In this document: piece after piece, positions 60,601 through 64,000 of the stretch
How positions within the stretch are numbered: position 1 is the stretch's first letter
How the letters are laid out: every line of letters starts with the position of its first letter
Origin: Asterias rubens
Taxonomy: Eukaryota
Assembly (NCBI RefSeq): GCF_902459465.1
Contig: NC_047079.1
Span: 11,532,001 to 11,596,000 of the forward strand
Length of the DNA stretch: 64,000 nt
Direction of reading: 5' to 3'
Translations under genes and position numbers: made by a program
The notes under the pieces: generated by a model
What the model was told of the DNA's origin: nothing
Databases searched by the model: none
Seen by the model: only the letters and a program-made list of their open reading frames with translations

Positions 60601-61046
60601 TTATTATTATTGTTATTGAGTACCGCCTGTGAGCGACCAATCTCTCTCTCAGTACATTTTAGTTTAACGTTTTAAATGTGATTGTGTTATTCCGTTTGAC
60701 TTTGTAGCAGCGAGAAGCTGATGAAATGAAATACCGAGACATGCCTCCTTGGAAAGTAGAGTTACTGAAGAAGAAAGAAGCAACGTAAGTCAACAACCGT
60801 AAAAAAAACTATTATTCCGCAAACTTTTCTTTCCTATGTACTGACTTTGCATCCATTATTCTCCCTCAAAAACTCACAAACTAACTAGATAATATGAATC
60901 ACTGGTTTTGATTAGATAATTTTGCTCAGTTATTATCATAAACTTAACTGTATCTTTTTCCATTCTGGTAGAAAATGGATGACTAAAAACCACTTAACGT
61001 AAAACTTGTTTTATTTTGTTTTAGAAATAATCGTGACAGCTCTTGA
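45698..61046 (+). CDS. ESPN: Espin/forked-like protein (8 ankyrin repeats, Pro-rich region, WH2, C-terminal actin-bundling-module-like segment), 827 aa. Exons 45698-46032, 47285-47434, 52423-52609, 54135-54317, 54952-55083, 55615-56710, 57986-58083, 60045-60248, 60708-60784, 61025-61046
   Basis: Ankyrin repeats are colinear with vertebrate espin (GATVLHLSARFGH, LHYAAAKGD, NGATPAY, DGATPLHFAASRG, GGTPLHDAAEHG). WH2 DLIAEIKAGTSLR. ABM motifs LPDWKRRFL and MPPWKVELLKKK. Splicing is in phase (2484 nt). Confidence 0.88.
46860..47000. mobile_element. Short TIR MITE (TTTCCGTATGGCGCCA...TGGCGCCATACGGAAA). Related copies at about 23283-23410 and 25560-25690
   Basis: Inverted ends and a shared interior in three copies. 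Confidence 0.6.
47446..47815. mobile_element. Kolobok-like family 1 MITE
   Basis: AAAGACACTGGACAC...GTGTACAGTGCCTTTAA, with family-1 interior. Confidence 0.7.
57114..57874. mobile_element. TTAA-flanked TIR element, family 3, interrupted by a SINE
   Basis: TTAAAGGAACGTTACAGAATTGGT...ACCAATTCTGTAATGTTCCTTTAA. Confidence 0.7.
57443..57805 (+). mobile_element. CORE-like tRNA SINE nested in the family-3 element
   Basis: GGGGTGTCGTGGCCGAGCGGATAAG...GGTTCGAATCCC...(ATT)n tail. A GATTATA/GATTACA-like duplication flanks the insert. Confidence 0.85.
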
Positions 61047-62726
61047 CAAATTCCAGTCTTGTCTACTGAAGGTATCTAACAGTCTTGACACTCAACCTAA
61101 CACAAACTTCTTAACTCCAATGATTTATACCGGTAATGGCAGATCAACATAACAAGCATCTTGCACCGAGACAACAATCGTTTGGGAACTTTTGAGACCA
61201 TAACGGGCGTCCGACTGACAGGTCCTTTTCCCTTTTCCATTGATCTCAGCAACGAGAACGATGAATCAGTCATACATCTTGGAGGGCAAACCGTATGCGC
61301 GTCTTAACGCGTACATCAATGAAGCACACAGCGTTCCAGGTTTGATTTCTATGGCACACGTACGTACACGCACACGCTCACAGACGCCATGTTGTAGGGC
61401 AGGTATTTGAATGGTGACGTCACGGTCAAATTCAATACGGTCTATTGCATGGGAACTCTTTCCTTTGTTTCTTTGCCAGGTCAAAACCTAGTGTAGTAAA
61501 AGACATTTTATAGGAAATTAAAGTAACATAATTTCCACTTTTCAACGTCGCAGTATGTTGTTAATAATACTACTGAGCTCTTATAAAGCACTTTATCTTT
61601 GGCCGTCTCAAAGTGCTTATTATGTTTATGGACCAGTAAAAAACCTGATAGAACAATGAAATGACAAGCTAACTGGTCCTGCTGGCCAGTCATTGAAACA
61701 GTCAAGTGCAAACCCAGACTACAATCCTTGCCAAAATGCTTGGGCCACCCGCTGTGCACTGACAATAAACATTCTCACCCCCGTCACCCCGCTCAATGTT
61801 GACTGCAACACGGAAGAAGACAATGAGAACCATGGTGAAAGGGGCCAGGGCAACCTCGCTACCATGGGCAGCACGCCGTATCACGCTAGCTCTGCGTACG
61901 TCTCTAACCCCTGGGAGGGAAACTCCAATCCGTGTCTTTGATTGGCTATCATATACGCGCAATATTTTGAAACGCCGTGCGTCTCCAAAAAGCTCTATAC
62001 GCCGAAACACGTGCGTATAAAGATGTACGTATTCACATTTTTTTGTCACGCAACACTGAACGCCAAGGCAAGTATGACTTTAATTACACACAGCGCGTGC
62101 GTGATCAACGCTTAACACAGAACGGATCAACCACAGGACTAATTGTAATATCCCTTATACTTGGATATTTTGGAGTTACACTTCCAGGGGTTATGATCGA
62201 GCAAGGCATGCTGGGAAAAAATGGCGCGGCGAGATCGATCACCCCTGGGAACGAGGTTGGGCCATGAAGGCCCAACGAGATATGGCCGGGATTGTAGATT
62301 GCACACAAAGTAAAGACTAAAGACCACAAGGAATTAGAAAAAATTCAATTTTTTGCTGATGAAAAGTCAGGAAGTTTACTATAAAAAAAAAGACATACGG
62401 GGCAGTCTGGTATAAGTTAATATACTGGATGCCAGATTGGATTAGAGATGTAAAAAGGAAGAAAAGTATTAAAGAAAAAGAATAGTGCCTTGTGATATTT
62501 TTTGAGAGACAGAAGATTTTTGTATTTGATGAAATCATAAAATGCAAATTTTTATTTGAACTACTAATTTGTTGTAAGTTAAGAAGCTTATACTTTATGG
62601 TTAATCAAAACCAATTTATTTTGCACAATTGATTAACTTTCATGATGTTTGTCAAACTTAATTGGATCAATACAACACCTTACACTTGTTTCTTTTGTGC
62701 TTTATGAATTCTTGGGGTTTTTCAAC

Positions 62727-63110
62727 TTAAAGGCACTGGACACTATTGGTAATCACTGTTAGCATAAACACTTAACGGTTAACGATCAATGGAGAGCTGT
62801 TGATAGTATAAAACATTGTGAGAAACAGCTCCCTTTGAAGTAACGTTGTTTCGAGAAAGAAGTAATTTTCCACTTAAATATTTGAATTTGATTTTGAGAC
62901 CTCGGAATTTAAATTTGAGGTCTCAAAATCAAGCATCTGAAAGCACACAACTTCGTGTGGCAAGGGTGTTTTTCTTCCATTATTATCTTGCAACTTTGAT
63001 GACCAATTGAGTCCAAATTTTCACAGGTTTGTTGTTTTGTGCATATATTGAGATACACGAAGTGAGAAGACTGGTCTTTGACAATTACCAGTAGTGTCCA
63101 GTGTCTTTAA
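62727..63110. mobile_element. Kolobok-like family 1 MITE, full length
   Basis: TTAAAGGCACTGGACACTATTGGTAAT...ATTACCAGTAGTGTCCAGTGTCTTTAA. Partial copies also occur at about 19160-19300, 28953-29155 and 58295-58380. Confidence 0.8.
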
Positions 63111-63469
63111 AACCAGATTCATAGTCAGTAAAGGACAAAATATACCACTGTTTGAATTTTCACTTCTTTTAATGTTCCTAATACATTTTCATGAGGTAAA
63201 ATGTATACTGTTACCTGATCGGTTGGTACATAATAAAGTGCAGGTTAACTAAATCATACAAATAAAATGTTTGTATGTTTGGGATCTTTAACAAAATCTG
63301 ATTTTCCCATTAGATTCTATATCATAAGGCTATTTTTTGTTGTTGAAACCCTGTCTCATTACATAACATTACGGGTACAAAATCAGCCAAGGAGCCTGAA
63401 TATTTTTCCAGTCGGTCTCACTTTGGTCATGTGGGTTGATATTATAAACTTAATATTGCTGCATCATGC

Positions 63470-63842
63470 TTAAAGCCATTGGACCCTTTCGGTTCAGAAA
63501 AAAAAATAAAAGTTCACAGATTTACAAATAACTTACAGGGTTTACAGAAGGCAATGGTGAAAGACTTCTCTTGAAATATTATTCCATGAAATGCTTTACT
63601 TTTGAGAAAACAGCAAAACAATATAAATTCTCGTTAACGAGAATTACGGATTTATTTTAAACACATGTCATGACACGGCGAAACGCGCAGAAACAAGAGT
63701 GGGTTTTTCCGTTGTTTTCTCCCGACTCTGATGACCGATTGAGCCTAAATTTTCACAGGTTTATTATTTGATATAGAAGTTGTGATACACGAAGTGTGGG
63801 CCTTGGACAACACTGTTTACCGAAAGGGTCCAATGGCTTTAA
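63470..63842. mobile_element. Kolobok-like family 2 MITE
   Basis: TTAAAGCCATTGGACCCTTTCGG...CCGAAAGGGTCCAATGGCTTTAA. Confidence 0.8.
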
Positions 63843-64000
63843 AGGACTTTTATTTTATCAAAAGTTATTTTTTTTGACATCTTTATTTTATTTTGGATGT
63901 AAATGTTCAAATTCCAAGACCTTAAAAACTAACTCCACTTTGTTCTTGAAAAGACATTTCTTGGTTTAATACTTCCTAGCATTCCAAATTATCAATATGA

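Noticed and set aside
8789-61024. U12-type introns or in-frame selenocysteine TGA codons
   Set aside because: All modelled introns have ordinary GT-AG U2-type donors (no GTATCCT/ATATCCT), and no in-frame TGA is needed in any model.
61693-62267. ORFs downstream of espin as an alternative last exon or new gene
   Set aside because: The nearby acceptors I tested give no espin-like continuation in phase 2, and the peptides have no recognisable motifs.

Overview
Eukaryotic, AT-rich, intron-rich genomic DNA. It is probably from an invertebrate deuterostome such as a sea star (inferred from gene content and repeat style, not verified). No prokaryotic features are present. Hand-splicing at GT-AG sites gives seven genes: (1) the 3' end of an unknown single-pass membrane protein (+, 690-5291); (2) an 11-exon, 630-aa signal-anchored protein with two tandem 2OG-Fe(II) oxygenase domains (+, 8469-17022); (3) a 7-exon, 240-aa LRR/LRRcap protein ending in a CaaX motif (-, 19389-24798), head-to-head with (4) ATAD3A (+, 14 exons, 601 aa, 25145-35345); (5) a membrane-anchored copine/RGLG-type vWA protein without C2 domains (-, 37898-40495), divergent from (6) a TK2/dNK-type deoxynucleoside kinase with an intronless CDS (+, 42650-43459); (7) an espin/forked-like ankyrin-WH2 protein (+, 10 exons, 827 aa, 45698-61046). 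Introns and intergenic DNA hold tRNA-derived SINEs, TTAA-flanked (Kolobok-like), Harbinger-like and hAT-like MITEs, a 650-bp foldback element and several tandem repeats. The most notable observations are a probable pseudo-enzyme/active-enzyme tandem oxygenase, adjacent PPxY and LYPxL motifs in the copine-like protein, a short espin actin-bundling module, a repeat-built DR5 array, and inverted SINEs bracketing ATAD3A exons 6-7. All exon models and alignments were done by eye, with no database searches.
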